Assembly: GCA_030830865.1 (NCBI GenBank)
Contig: JAURME010000001.1
Location: 14,750 to 78,749 of the forward strand
Source of the DNA: Candidatus Nanopelagicales bacterium
GTDB taxonomy: Bacteria > Actinomycetota > Actinomycetes > S36-B12
Length of the DNA: 64,000 nt
Reading direction: 5' to 3'
Shown: positions 31,549 through 40,597 of the stretch, piece by piece
How positions within the stretch are numbered: position 1 is the first letter of the stretch
Layout of the letters: each line of letters opens with the position of its first letter
Notes under the pieces: model-generated
The model's input: only the letters and a program-made list of their open reading frames with translations
The model's database searches: none
What the model was told of the DNA's origin: nothing
Made by a program: the position numbers and the translations under genes

Positions 31549-32835
31549 CTATCGGGGTTGCGGCTCCTGGTACACGTCCGGGATTCCGTCACCGTCTTCG
31601 TCGGCCTCCTCCTTGGCGCTCACAGCCGCGTAGTGCCTGTTGCGCGCTCGGATGAAGATGGTGGCGAACACGGCTGCGAGCACCGAGGCGGTGAGGACGG
31701 CGACCTTGGCGGAGTCGAGGAGTGCCATGTCGCCCTTGTAGGCGAGTTCGGTGATGAGGAGGGCGACAGTGAATCCGACGCCGGCCAGCACGCCGACCGT
31801 GGTGACGTCTCGCCAGCTGATGTCCGGACTGAGCGACGCGCGGGTGAACCTCGCTGTGAGCCAGGCCCCAAGGAACACGCCGATCGGCTTGCCGAGCACG
31901 AGGCCGAGGAGGACTCCGATGGCCACCGGGCTGGTGATGGCATCGACGAAACCGAACGAGCGCAAGTCGACGCCCGCTGCGAAGAAGGCGAAGATCGGCA
32001 CGCAGATGCCGGCGCTGATCGGGTGGATCAGGTGTGTCAGGCGATCAGCGGGCGCTGTGCTCTCACCCGGATCGGGGCGCACACGCGTCAGGAAGCCGAA
32101 GACGACGCCGGCGATGGTCGCGTGGATACCGCTCTCGTGGGTGAAGTACCAGCCGAGCAGCACCAGGGGGACATAGATGAAGGGGCTGGTGACGCGCCAC
32201 CGCATGAGGAGTGCGTAGACCACGAACGTCGCGATCGCGGCGAGGAACCAGCCGAGGACGAACTTGTCGGAGTAGAAGATCGCGATGACGGCAATGGCGC
32301 CCAGGTCGTCGACCACGGCCAGGGTCAGCAGGAATGCCCGAAGCGCGACGGGAAGTCGCCGGCCGACGACCGCGAGGACGGCGAGGGCGAAGGCGATGTC
32401 CGTCGCCATCGGGATGCCCCAGCCGTCGGTGGAGCCCTCGGGCATCGTCGTGTTGACGATGAGGAAGATCGCGGCAGGGATCAGCATTCCGCCGATCGCG
32501 GCTGCGGCGGGCACCACTGCCTCGCGCACCTTGGACAGGGAGCCCAGGACGAGCTCGTGCTTGAGCTCGAGTCCGACGACGAAGAAGAAGACCGCCAGCA
32601 GGCCGTCCGCCGCCCAGACCCCGAGCGGCAGTTCCAGGTGCAGGGCCGGAATGCCGATGACGTACTCGACGAGGGCGGTGTAGGAGTCCCCCCAGGGGGA
32701 GTTGGCCCAGACCAGCGCTATGGCCGCCGCGATGAGCAGCAGGATGCCGCCGAAGGTCTCATCGCGCAGCTGCTCACGCAGCCAGCGAGCCTGCCCGAAC
32801 GAGGGACGACCCAGAAACTCGTTAGCGCTGCTCAC
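31549..32835 (-). CDS. nhaA: Na+/H+ antiporter NhaA
   Basis: ETFGGILLLIAAAIALVWANSPW..., LAVVDDLGAI (the paired Asp motif), about 12 TM helices. Confidence 0.9.
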   Translation of the reverse strand: MSSANEFLGRPSFGQARWLREQLRDETFGGILLLIAAAIALVWANSPWGDSYTALVEYVIGIPALHLELPLGVWAADGLLAVFFFVVGLELKHELVLGSLSKVREAVVPAAAAIGGMLIPAAIFLIVNTTMPEGSTDGWGIPMATDIAFALAVLAVVGRRLPVALRAFLLTLAVVDDLGAIAVIAIFYSDKFVLGWFLAAIATFVVYALLMRWRVTSPFIYVPLVLLGWYFTHESGIHATIAGVVFGFLTRVRPDPGESTAPADRLTHLIHPISAGICVPIFAFFAAGVDLRSFGFVDAITSPVAIGVLLGLVLGKPIGVFLGAWLTARFTRASLSPDISWRDVTTVGVLAGVGFTVALLITELAYKGDMALLDSAKVAVLTASVLAAVFATIFIRARNRHYAAVSAKEEADEDGDGIPDVYQEPQPR

Positions 32836-32880
32836 GCAACAACCCTAACCGGGCTTGCGCCCCCACACCGCTCCGCCGAG

Positions 32881-34854
32881 TCAGTCCTCACTACCGCCGG
32901 ACTTGAGTCCCTCTGCGATGAGGTTCATGACGGCCGGATCGGCCAGCGTCGTGGCGTCTCCGAGAGACCGGTTCTCGGCCACGTCGCGCAGCAGGCGGCG
33001 CATGATCTTTCCCGATCGGGTCTTCGGGAGCTCCGGAACGACCATGATCTGCCGGGGCTTGGCGATGGGACCGATCTCGTGCGCCACATGGTTGCGCAGT
33101 TGGGCGACGATCGCGTCACCCTCAGCCTCCTCGGCGGGCACGCCGCCGCGCATGATGACGAATGCGACGATGCCCTGGCCGGTCGTCTCGTCCGCGGCAC
33201 CGACCACGGCAGCCTCGGCCACCTTGGGATGCGACACCAGCGCGGACTCCACCTCGGTGGTCGAGATGCGGTGACCCGAGATGTTCATGACGTCGTCGAC
33301 GCGTCCGAGCAGCCAGATTGCTCCGTCCTCGTCCCATTTCGCACCGTCACCGGCGAAGTAGTACTGCGGCCAGCGTGACCAGTACGTGTCGATGTACCGC
33401 TGGGGATCTCCCCAGATGCCGCGAAGCATCGACGGCCACGGCTCGGTGAGCACGAGGTAGCCGCCGGAGCCATGGCCGACCGGCGTGCCGTTGTCATCGA
33501 CGATGGCCGCACCGATGCCCGGCAGCGGACCCATGGCGGAGCCCGGCTTGCAGGGCGTGACGCCCGGCAGCGGGGAGATCATCATCGCGCCGGTCTCGGT
33601 CTGCCACCACGTGTCGACGATCGGGCAGTTGCCACCGCCGATGACGTCGCGGTACCACATCCAGGCCTCGGGGTTGATGGGCTCGCCGACCGATCCGAGC
33701 AGCCGCAGGCTGGACAGGTCCTTGCCCTGAGGCAGGTCGTCGCCCCACTTCATGAACGTGCGGATCGCGGTGGGTGCGGTGTAGAGGATCGTGACGCCGT
33801 GCCGCTCGACGATGTCCCACCAGCGGTCCTTGCCGGGGGTGTCGGGCGTGCCCTCGTAGACGACCTGCGTCACGCGGTTGGCCAGCGGCCCGTACACGAT
33901 GTAGCTGTGGCCGGTGACCCAGCCGATATCGGCCGTGCACCAGTACACGTCGGAGTCAGGCTTGAGGTCGAAGACGTTGCGATGTGTGAATGCCGCCTGG
34001 GTCAGGTAGCCACCGGAGGTGTGCAGAATTCCCTTGGGCTTACCTGTCGTGCCGGACGTGTAGAGGATGAACAGCGGATGCTCGCTGTCGAATGCCTCGG
34101 GGGTGTGGGACGTCGGCTGGCGGTCGACGATGTCGTGCCACCACACGTCCTTGTCGGTCCACTCGACGTCGGTGCCGGTGCGCTTGACGACGAGGACGTT
34201 CTCCACCGTCGGGCATTCCGCGACGGCCTCGTCGACCGCGGGCTTGAGCGCCATCGCCGAGCCGCGGCGGTTCTGGCCGTCGGCGGTGATGACGAGCTTC
34301 GCCTCCGCGTCGTCGATGCGGCTGCGCAGGGCCTCTGCGGAGAACCCGGCGAACACGACCGAGTGCGGGGCACCGATCCGCGCGCACGCGAGCATCGCGA
34401 CGATCGCCTCCGGAATCATCGGCATGTAGATGGCGACGCGGTCCCCGGCCGCCAGGCCGAGTTCGGTCAGGGCGTTGGCAGCTCTGCTGACCTCGTCCTG
34501 CAGTTCGGCGTAGGTGAGGTCACGACGGTCACCCGGCTCACCCTCGAAGCGGATGGCGACCTGATCACCGAAGCCATCCTCGACATGGCGGTCGACGCAG
34601 TTGTAGGCGACGTTCAGTCGGCCGCCGATGAACCACTTGGCGAACGGGGCGTCGGACCAGTCGAGGATCTCGTCCCAGTCCTGAGCCCACGTCAGGTGCC
34701 GGGCCTGCTCGGCCCAGAAACCGAGCCGGTCGGCGTTCGCCTCGCCGTACATCTCCGGCTGGGCGTTCGCCTGCTTCGCGAATTCCGGGCTGGGCGGGAA
34801 GACCCGCTCCTCGTAGGACAGGTTGGACAGGGCCGGGGTGTTCTGATCGGTCAC
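32881..34854 (-). CDS. acs: acetyl-CoA synthetase
   Basis: YTSGTTGKPKG AMP-binding motif. WWQTETG. C-terminal LPKTRSGKIMRR. Confidence 0.95.
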   Translation of the reverse strand: MTDQNTPALSNLSYEERVFPPSPEFAKQANAQPEMYGEANADRLGFWAEQARHLTWAQDWDEILDWSDAPFAKWFIGGRLNVAYNCVDRHVEDGFGDQVAIRFEGEPGDRRDLTYAELQDEVSRAANALTELGLAAGDRVAIYMPMIPEAIVAMLACARIGAPHSVVFAGFSAEALRSRIDDAEAKLVITADGQNRRGSAMALKPAVDEAVAECPTVENVLVVKRTGTDVEWTDKDVWWHDIVDRQPTSHTPEAFDSEHPLFILYTSGTTGKPKGILHTSGGYLTQAAFTHRNVFDLKPDSDVYWCTADIGWVTGHSYIVYGPLANRVTQVVYEGTPDTPGKDRWWDIVERHGVTILYTAPTAIRTFMKWGDDLPQGKDLSSLRLLGSVGEPINPEAWMWYRDVIGGGNCPIVDTWWQTETGAMMISPLPGVTPCKPGSAMGPLPGIGAAIVDDNGTPVGHGSGGYLVLTEPWPSMLRGIWGDPQRYIDTYWSRWPQYYFAGDGAKWDEDGAIWLLGRVDDVMNISGHRISTTEVESALVSHPKVAEAAVVGAADETTGQGIVAFVIMRGGVPAEEAEGDAIVAQLRNHVAHEIGPIAKPRQIMVVPELPKTRSGKIMRRLLRDVAENRSLGDATTLADPAVMNLIAEGLKSGGSED

Positions 34855-34892
34855 GTTGCCTAGTGAACCAAAGGCCTTGGTTGGATGGGGGC

Positions 34893-35657
34893 GTGTTGAC
34901 GACTCCGGCTGATCCGCTCGCGGTCCTCGCCACGATCGCGTCCGTGGCGGATTCGGCCGCGGCAGCCCGCGAGGAGGTCGACCGTCTGCTGTGGCGGCGC
35001 GACGTGCGAGCCGAGGCCGCCGAGGTGGCGTCGGCCTCCCGGCAGCGAGGTGCGCGCGACTCGGCTGCGATCGACGGAGCCGATGTCGTGGACGTCGACG
35101 ACTCCCCGATGGGCCGCGTGCTGGATGCGGCGCTGCGCCTGACCGCCGCCGTGCCCACGCAGGTGGACGTGTTCGGCACGGCGCCCCTCCAGGCGCTGGC
35201 CCACCTGCACTCGATCACGGCGACGGACTTCGTGGACGATGACGAGCTCGGCCGCCCTCGGTCCGGCGACGTGGTGGACGACCCACTGAACCTGGGTGCT
35301 CCGCCGCCCGCGGGGGCCGCGGCCGAGCGACTGGCCCTCCTGGCGCAGATTCTCACCACGCCGACCGCTGCACCGGCGCTGGTGGTCGCGGCGATCGCGC
35401 ACGCCGAGATCGCGGTGCTGCGCCCGTTCGCGTGGGGGTCGGGCCTGCTGTCCCGTGCGGTCACGCGCCTCGTGCTGGCCGAGCGTGGCGTGGATCCGTC
35501 ATTGTTCTCGATCCCGGAGAACGGGATGCTCGAACTCGGGCGCTCGTCCTACGTCAAGGCGCTGCGGGGGTACGCGGCGGGATCGCGCGAGGGCGTGGCG
35601 GAGTGGTGCGTGTGGCACGCCTCCGCGGTGGCCGCCGGCGCCCGCGCCGTTCCGTAA
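34893..35657 (+). CDS. hypothetical protein with a degenerate Fic-like motif
   Basis: ORF opens at GTG 34863, only 8 bp from the acs start. GTG 34893 has GGATGGGGG upstream. Motif HAEIAVLRPFAWGSGLLSR resembles H..l..IHPFxDGNGRxxR. Confidence 0.55.
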   Translation: MLTTPADPLAVLATIASVADSAAAAREEVDRLLWRRDVRAEAAEVASASRQRGARDSAAIDGADVVDVDDSPMGRVLDAALRLTAAVPTQVDVFGTAPLQALAHLHSITATDFVDDDELGRPRSGDVVDDPLNLGAPPPAGAAAERLALLAQILTTPTAAPALVVAAIAHAEIAVLRPFAWGSGLLSRAVTRLVLAERGVDPSLFSIPENGMLELGRSSYVKALRGYAAGSREGVAEWCVWHASAVAAGARAVP

Positions 35658-35665
35658 TTGCGCCA

Positions 35666-35720
35666 AGACCTGCAGAATGCGACACTTCCCGGCCCCTGTG
35701 GTGTCACTTTCAGCAGGTCT
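35666..35720. repeat. 55-nt palindromic element, copy 1
   Basis: AGACCTGCAGAATGCGACAC-N15-GTGTCACTTTCAGCAGGTCT. The arms pair at 17/20 positions. Confidence 0.8.
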
Positions 35721-35778
35721 CGGTGACTTGTGGACACTCATTTGCTGCCCGCGGGAAATCGGCGCACGCTCCTGAGGC

Positions 35779-36726
35779 ATGCCGCGCTCACTGGATGACG
35801 ACCCCGCCCTTCCCCCGGTGTTCTCGCTGGCCGATGCGGCGGCCCGGGGTCTGACCGCTCGGCAGGTGCGCTATCGGGTGAGAGTCGGCGTGTTCACCCG
35901 AGTCGGGCGGGATCGATACCGCCGAGGCGATGCTCTGTCCACGGGGGTGAACCGCTTTCAACGCGAGCGGCTGGATCACGTCGCACGGGCGAGGGCTGCG
36001 GCCGGCCGAAACGCTGGGGCGGTCATTGGGTTCGAGAGTGCAGCGATCTGCCTGGGCTATCCGCTGGCATCGAGCACGCCATCGGAGGTCACGCTTATCG
36101 TGGCGCCGGGCAGGTGGACGGGGCGGCGCTCGGGGATTCGCTTTCGGAGCGCCGCCGTCACTGAAGCCGATCTGGTCGGGCCTGGGATGCCTGTGACCAA
36201 TCCGGAGCGGACATGGGTCGACCTGGCGAGGACGGGCTCGTTGGCCGATGCGCTGTGTGTCGGCGATGCGGCTCTCGCAGACGGTGCTGTCACGTCCCCG
36301 GCACTTGCGCGGCGGGTGGAGCTCCTGGTGGGCGTGCGGGGTATTCGGAGGGCGCACCGAGCGTTCAGCCTGATCAGTGGAATCCGGGAATCACCTTTGG
36401 AGTCGGAGTCCTACGCCTACTTCGTGGAGCACCGTCTGCCGCTACCGATCTGCCAGGTCTCCATCCAGGGGCGTGACGGTCGGTTCCTCGGCCGGGTCGA
36501 CTTCCTGTGGGAGGCGGTGCGGCTGGTTGGCGAGGCGGATGGTCGCCTGAAGTACGCCGACGCCGACGCCGTGTACGCGGAGAAGCGGCGCGAGGATGAG
36601 ATCCGTGCCGAGGGCTACGGATTCATCCGCTGGGGGAAGGCGGACCTGCGAACGCCGGCGCTGGCTGACCGCCTGCGAGGGCTGATGCTCCGAGACCTGC
36701 AGAAAGCGACACCAAGAGCCGGCTGA
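35779..36726 (+). CDS. AbiEi-like wHTH / DUF559 (Vsr-like endonuclease fold) protein
   Basis: N-terminus LTARQVRYRVRVGVFTRVGRDRY. C-terminus RVDFLWEAVRLVGEADGRLKY...REDEIRAEGYGFIRW. Confidence 0.7.
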   Translation: MPRSLDDDPALPPVFSLADAAARGLTARQVRYRVRVGVFTRVGRDRYRRGDALSTGVNRFQRERLDHVARARAAAGRNAGAVIGFESAAICLGYPLASSTPSEVTLIVAPGRWTGRRSGIRFRSAAVTEADLVGPGMPVTNPERTWVDLARTGSLADALCVGDAALADGAVTSPALARRVELLVGVRGIRRAHRAFSLISGIRESPLESESYAYFVEHRLPLPICQVSIQGRDGRFLGRVDFLWEAVRLVGEADGRLKYADADAVYAEKRREDEIRAEGYGFIRWGKADLRTPALADRLRGLMLRDLQKATPRAG

Positions 36727-36747
36727 TGTGTCGCTTTGTGCAGGACT
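36693..36747. repeat. 55-nt palindromic element, copy 2 (spans the DUF559 stop codon)
   Basis: AGACCTGCAGAAAGCGACAC-N15-GTGTCGCTTTGTGCAGGACT. Left arm 19/20 and right arm 16/20 identical to copy 1. The loops are unrelated. Confidence 0.8.
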
Positions 36748-36754
36748 CGAGGGA

Positions 36755-37573
36755 TCAGTAGCGGGAGCTGCGGCGGCGGGCGTACCAGGTCAGCCCCAGC
36801 GCGACCGCCCCGATCGCCACGCCCGCCCCGGCCGCCACCGCCGACCGGCGCTGCGCCTGCTCGCGCATCGCTACCGGCTTGGCGAAGTCGACGATCGGCC
36901 ACTCGCGTTCGACGGCCACCTTGCGCAGTTCAGAGTCCGGGTTCACCGCCACCGGATGGCCGACCACCTCGAGCATCGGCAGGTCCGTCTGCGAGTCGCT
37001 GTACGCGTAGCACTCGGCGAGGTCGTACCCCCGCTCCTGGGCCAGCGATCGCATCGCCTCGGCCTTGCCCTCGCCGTAGGCGTAGAACAGGATCTCGCCG
37101 GTGTAGGCGCCCTCCTCGATCGCGACCTGAGTGCCGATGGCGAGGTCGACCCCCAGCCGCGCACCGATCGGCTCGACGATGTCGGTGCCGGAAGACGAGA
37201 TGATGATCACGTCACGGCCGGCATCCTTGTGCTCGTTGATCAGGTCGACGGCCTCCTGGTAGACCATCGGGTCGACGATCTCGTCCAGCGTCTCGCCGAC
37301 GATGCCCTGCACCTTGTCGACGCTCCAGCCGGTGACGAGCTTCGACATGTACTCGCGCATCGTCTCCATCTGGTCGTGGTCCGCGCCTGAAGCGAGGTAG
37401 ACGAACTGCGCGTACGCGCTGCGGATGACATCACTGCGGCCGATCAGCCCCTCCTTGTAGAACGGCCGCGCGAACATGAACGAGCTGGACTTCGCGAGGA
37501 TCGTCTTGTCCAGGTCGAAGAATGCCGCCTGCCGCCCTGCGGAGGAGGTCGCGCTGCTGTCGTACGACGCCAT
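36755..37573 (-). CDS. HAD-IB family hydrolase (SerB-like, Rv3661 position)
   Basis: FFDLDKTIL motif I, SSSG, YSDSQTDLPML. C-terminal TM. ORF trimmed to MASYDSS. Confidence 0.8.
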   Translation of the reverse strand: MASYDSSATSSAGRQAAFFDLDKTILAKSSSFMFARPFYKEGLIGRSDVIRSAYAQFVYLASGADHDQMETMREYMSKLVTGWSVDKVQGIVGETLDEIVDPMVYQEAVDLINEHKDAGRDVIIISSSGTDIVEPIGARLGVDLAIGTQVAIEEGAYTGEILFYAYGEGKAEAMRSLAQERGYDLAECYAYSDSQTDLPMLEVVGHPVAVNPDSELRKVAVEREWPIVDFAKPVAMREQAQRRSAVAAGAGVAIGAVALGLTWYARRRSSRY

Positions 37574-37590
37574 GGCCCGACGGTACCCGC

Positions 37591-37627
37591 TTGTCCACAG
37601 GCTTCGATCCACCGACGGATATCCACA
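37591..37627 (+). promoter_or_regulatory. DnaA-box-like direct repeats in the HAD/ssd divergent intergenic region
   Basis: TTGTCCACA (37591..37599), TCCAC (37608..37612), ATATCCACA (37619..37627). The TCCAC cores are spaced exactly 14 bp apart. Confidence 0.4.
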
Positions 37628-37704
37628 GGATGAACATCCGTTCCGCACAGCACCCCCCGACCACGCACCGTGGGCACCCCACCACGACGGAAGCGAGGGA
37701 CACC

Positions 37705-38754
37705 ATGGACAGGCCACTGGTGGTCAGTGAGGACCCGGACCTGATCGACGAGCTGGTGCGGCTCGCCGCCGCCAACGCGGTGGAGGTGCACGTGGCGACG
37801 GATGCGGAGGCCGCGCGAAGCCGCTGGTCGCTCGCCCCACTCGTCCTCGTCGGCGTGGATCTCGCGGCACGCGTCGCGGGGATGCGACCGGAACGACGAC
37901 GTGACGTGGTGCTGGTCGGCCGGCAGCTGGTGGAGGCCGACTGGCAGCGCGCCGTGACCCTCGGGGCCGAGTACGTCGCCTCCCTTCCTGAGGCCGAGCG
38001 CTGGGTCATCGATCGGCTGGCCGACAGCGGGGAGGGCCCGCCGAGCAACGGCCTCGTGGTCGCCGTGATGTCCACGGGCGGCGGTGCGGGTGCCTCGACG
38101 TTCGCCGCGACCCTTGCGGGGATCGCGGCAGAGGAGTGCCGCGTGCTGCTGGTGGACCTCGACCCCTCGGCCGGTGGGCTGGATGTGCTCGTCGGGAGGG
38201 AGGGCTCTCCCGCCACTCGATGGGAGGAGCTGGCGGCGACCCGGGGTCGGCTCAGTCCGGTTTCGCTGCGGCAGGCGCTGCCCGAGTGGGTCGGAGTGTC
38301 CCTGCTCTCCTGGGGTCGGGCGGGTTCCGGTCGCGTCGACATCGAGCCGCTCGCCTCGGTGATCGACGCGGGTGAGCGAGGCTTCGACCTCGTCGTCCTC
38401 GATGTCGCCCGCTGGCTCGACCCGGCGACCGAACTCGCTCTGGCGCGATCGCACCGCACGGTCCTCGTCACCTCGGCCACGGTCAGGGGTGTCTCCGCGG
38501 CGGCCGGACTCAACGAGGTGCTCGGTGATCGCTGCGCTTCGCTCGCTCTGGTCACCCGCCGCCATCCCGGAGGTGTGAGCCCTGAGTCCGTCGTCGAGAG
38601 CGTCGAGCTGCCGACCCTGGGCGACCTCCCGCACGTGCCCGCCCTCGCGCGGCGCTGCGAGTCCGGGGAGGGTCCCGCACTGCACGGCAGCTACGCGCGG
38701 GCAGTGCGGCGGATCGTCCCACAGCTCGGCGACACGCACAGGCGCGTGCGATGA
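37705..38754 (+). CDS. ssd: Ssd / CpaE-TadZ-like protein of the helicase/secretion neighbourhood
   Basis: ORF 37522 trimmed to MDRPLVVSEDPDLIDEL. MinD/ParA-like fold with the deviant loop STGGGAGAST. Rv3660c-like. Confidence 0.75.
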   Translation: MDRPLVVSEDPDLIDELVRLAAANAVEVHVATDAEAARSRWSLAPLVLVGVDLAARVAGMRPERRRDVVLVGRQLVEADWQRAVTLGAEYVASLPEAERWVIDRLADSGEGPPSNGLVVAVMSTGGGAGASTFAATLAGIAAEECRVLLVDLDPSAGGLDVLVGREGSPATRWEELAATRGRLSPVSLRQALPEWVGVSLLSWGRAGSGRVDIEPLASVIDAGERGFDLVVLDVARWLDPATELALARSHRTVLVTSATVRGVSAAAGLNEVLGDRCASLALVTRRHPGGVSPESVVESVELPTLGDLPHVPALARRCESGEGPALHGSYARAVRRIVPQLGDTHRRVR

Positions 38755-39893
38755 CCCCGGTCCTCGTCGACCGGGTCCGCGCGCGATTGCTGTCCTCCGG
38801 CGGCGACGCCACTCCGGGTCGCGTCGCTGCGGCCCTTCGCGATGAGGGCCTCGTCCTCGGCGACGACGCGGTGCTCGACCTGGTGCGGATGCTGCGCCAG
38901 GAGCTCATCGGCCTCGGCCCGCTCGACCCGCTGGTCATCGACCCGACGACGACGGACGTTCTGGTCAACGCCCCCGACTCGGTGTGGGTCGACCGGGGTC
39001 ACGGACTGCAGCGCACGGATGTGCGGCTCGGCAGCGAGGCCGACGTGCGGCGCCTGGCGCAGCGCCTCGCGGCAACGGCGGGACGGCGCCTCGACGATGC
39101 GGCCCCGCACGTCGACGCCCAACTGCCCGGCGGTGTGCGATTCCACGCGGTGCTCGCCCCTGTCGCCGTCGACTCCACCGTCATCTCCCTACGCGTGCCG
39201 TCGCGGCAGGCGTTCACCCTCGAGGCGATGGTGCTGCACGGATCGATGGATCACGCCACGGCGGAGCTCCTCCGCGCCATGGTCCGCCGGCGACTGGCGA
39301 TCCTCGTCTCCGGCGGCACAGGGTCGGGCAAGACGACGCTGTTGAGCGCCCTCCTGAGCACGGTCCCGCACGATGAGCGGATCGTCATCGTCGAGGATTC
39401 GACAGAACTGGCGCCGTCGCACCCGCACGTCGTGCGGTTGCAGGCCCGGCTGGCCAACGTCGAAGGATCGGGCGCCGTGTCCAGTCGCGACCTCGTGCGA
39501 CAGGCCCTTCGCATGCGGCCGGATCGCCTCGTCGTCGGCGAGGTGCGGGGAGCGGAGGTCGTGGACCTTCTCGCCGCGATGAACACCGGGCACGAGGGCG
39601 GCGCCGGCACGGTGCACGCCAACTCCGCGGAGGACGTGCCGGCGCGACTCGAGGCCCTCGGACTCATGGCGGGCCTGGACCGTGCGGCCCTCCACGCCCT
39701 GCTCGGCGCAGGGGTCGATGCCGTCATCCACCTCGGGCGAGTCGCGGGCACTCGGGTGATCTCGGGCGTGCACCTGCTTGCTGCGGGGGATGACGGAGTC
39801 GTGCGCACGCAGCCCGCGCTGCTGCGGCGAGGTGACGCGCTGACACGCGGGCCGGCGATGGAGCGGCTGCGCGCCCGGGTCGATGCGTCATGA
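38751..39893 (+). CDS. tadA: CpaF/TadA-type secretion ATPase
   Basis: Walker A SGGTGSGKTT, Walker B IVIVEDSTEL, His box GHEGGAGTVHAN. Confidence 0.9.
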   Translation: MTPVLVDRVRARLLSSGGDATPGRVAAALRDEGLVLGDDAVLDLVRMLRQELIGLGPLDPLVIDPTTTDVLVNAPDSVWVDRGHGLQRTDVRLGSEADVRRLAQRLAATAGRRLDDAAPHVDAQLPGGVRFHAVLAPVAVDSTVISLRVPSRQAFTLEAMVLHGSMDHATAELLRAMVRRRLAILVSGGTGSGKTTLLSALLSTVPHDERIVIVEDSTELAPSHPHVVRLQARLANVEGSGAVSSRDLVRQALRMRPDRLVVGEVRGAEVVDLLAAMNTGHEGGAGTVHANSAEDVPARLEALGLMAGLDRAALHALLGAGVDAVIHLGRVAGTRVISGVHLLAAGDDGVVRTQPALLRRGDALTRGPAMERLRARVDAS

Positions 39894-40597
39894 GTCTGGT
39901 CGCCGCCGTGCTCGCGGCCCTCGCGGTCGCGGTCATGGTCGCTCCGGTGGGGGAACGCCGGCTCAGGCGTCTCACGGCAGCCGAGCCGGAGCCAGCGAGC
40001 TGGACTCGCGTGCGAGGCATGGCCTCGCGATGGTGGCAGCAGCGCGGTATCGGCCCCGGCTCGCGGCGACGCCGGACCCAGCAGCGCGCGCGGGTGCTGC
40101 AGGCGATCGGCGCCCTGGCGGCCGAACTGGAGGCAGGTGCAGCGCCCGCCGACGCCCTGCTGCGCGCGCAGGGCGACCCGAGTGTCTGGCCGCAGGCCGC
40201 CGCCGCGGCGCGCTGGGGTGCTGGGATCGCCGAGGGACTGGATGCCGATGCCCATGCGGCCCCGGTCCTGGTTCAGGTCGCGGCCTGCTGGCGTGTCGGG
40301 TCGCGAGGCGCCGGACTCGTCGAGGCCATCGAGCACGTGGCCGCTTCCGCTCGTGCCGCCGAGGACGTTCGCGTTGAGATGGAGGCGCAGCTCGCCGGGC
40401 CGCGCTCGACCGCGCGGCTGCTCTCGAGCCTGCCCGTCGTCGGCCTCGGCCTGGGGCTGATGCTCGGCGCCCACCCCCTGGACTGGTTGCTCGGTACGGT
40501 GCCCGGCCGCCTGTGCCTCGCCGTGGGTGTGACCCTCACGCTCGTCGGCATGTGGTGGACTGGTCGCATCGCGGGTGGAGTGGAGCGGCGGCTGTGA
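39890..40597 (+). CDS. TadB-like type II secretion system F-family membrane protein
   Basis: Position after tadA, 4-bp overlap, N- and C-terminal TM helices. Confidence 0.65.
   Translation: MSLVAAVLAALAVAVMVAPVGERRLRRLTAAEPEPASWTRVRGMASRWWQQRGIGPGSRRRRTQQRARVLQAIGALAAELEAGAAPADALLRAQGDPSVWPQAAAAARWGAGIAEGLDADAHAAPVLVQVAACWRVGSRGAGLVEAIEHVAASARAAEDVRVEMEAQLAGPRSTARLLSSLPVVGLGLGLMLGAHPLDWLLGTVPGRLCLAVGVTLTLVGMWWTGRIAGGVERRL

Noticed and set aside
30982-33378. 798-aa ORF on the + strand, the longest in that area
   Set aside because: It is antisense to the holin-like, nhaA and acs genes. Its Arg/Asp/Gly/His-rich low-complexity translation carries no motifs, while the opposite strand carries clear NhaA and Acs signatures. 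This is a typical high-GC shadow ORF.
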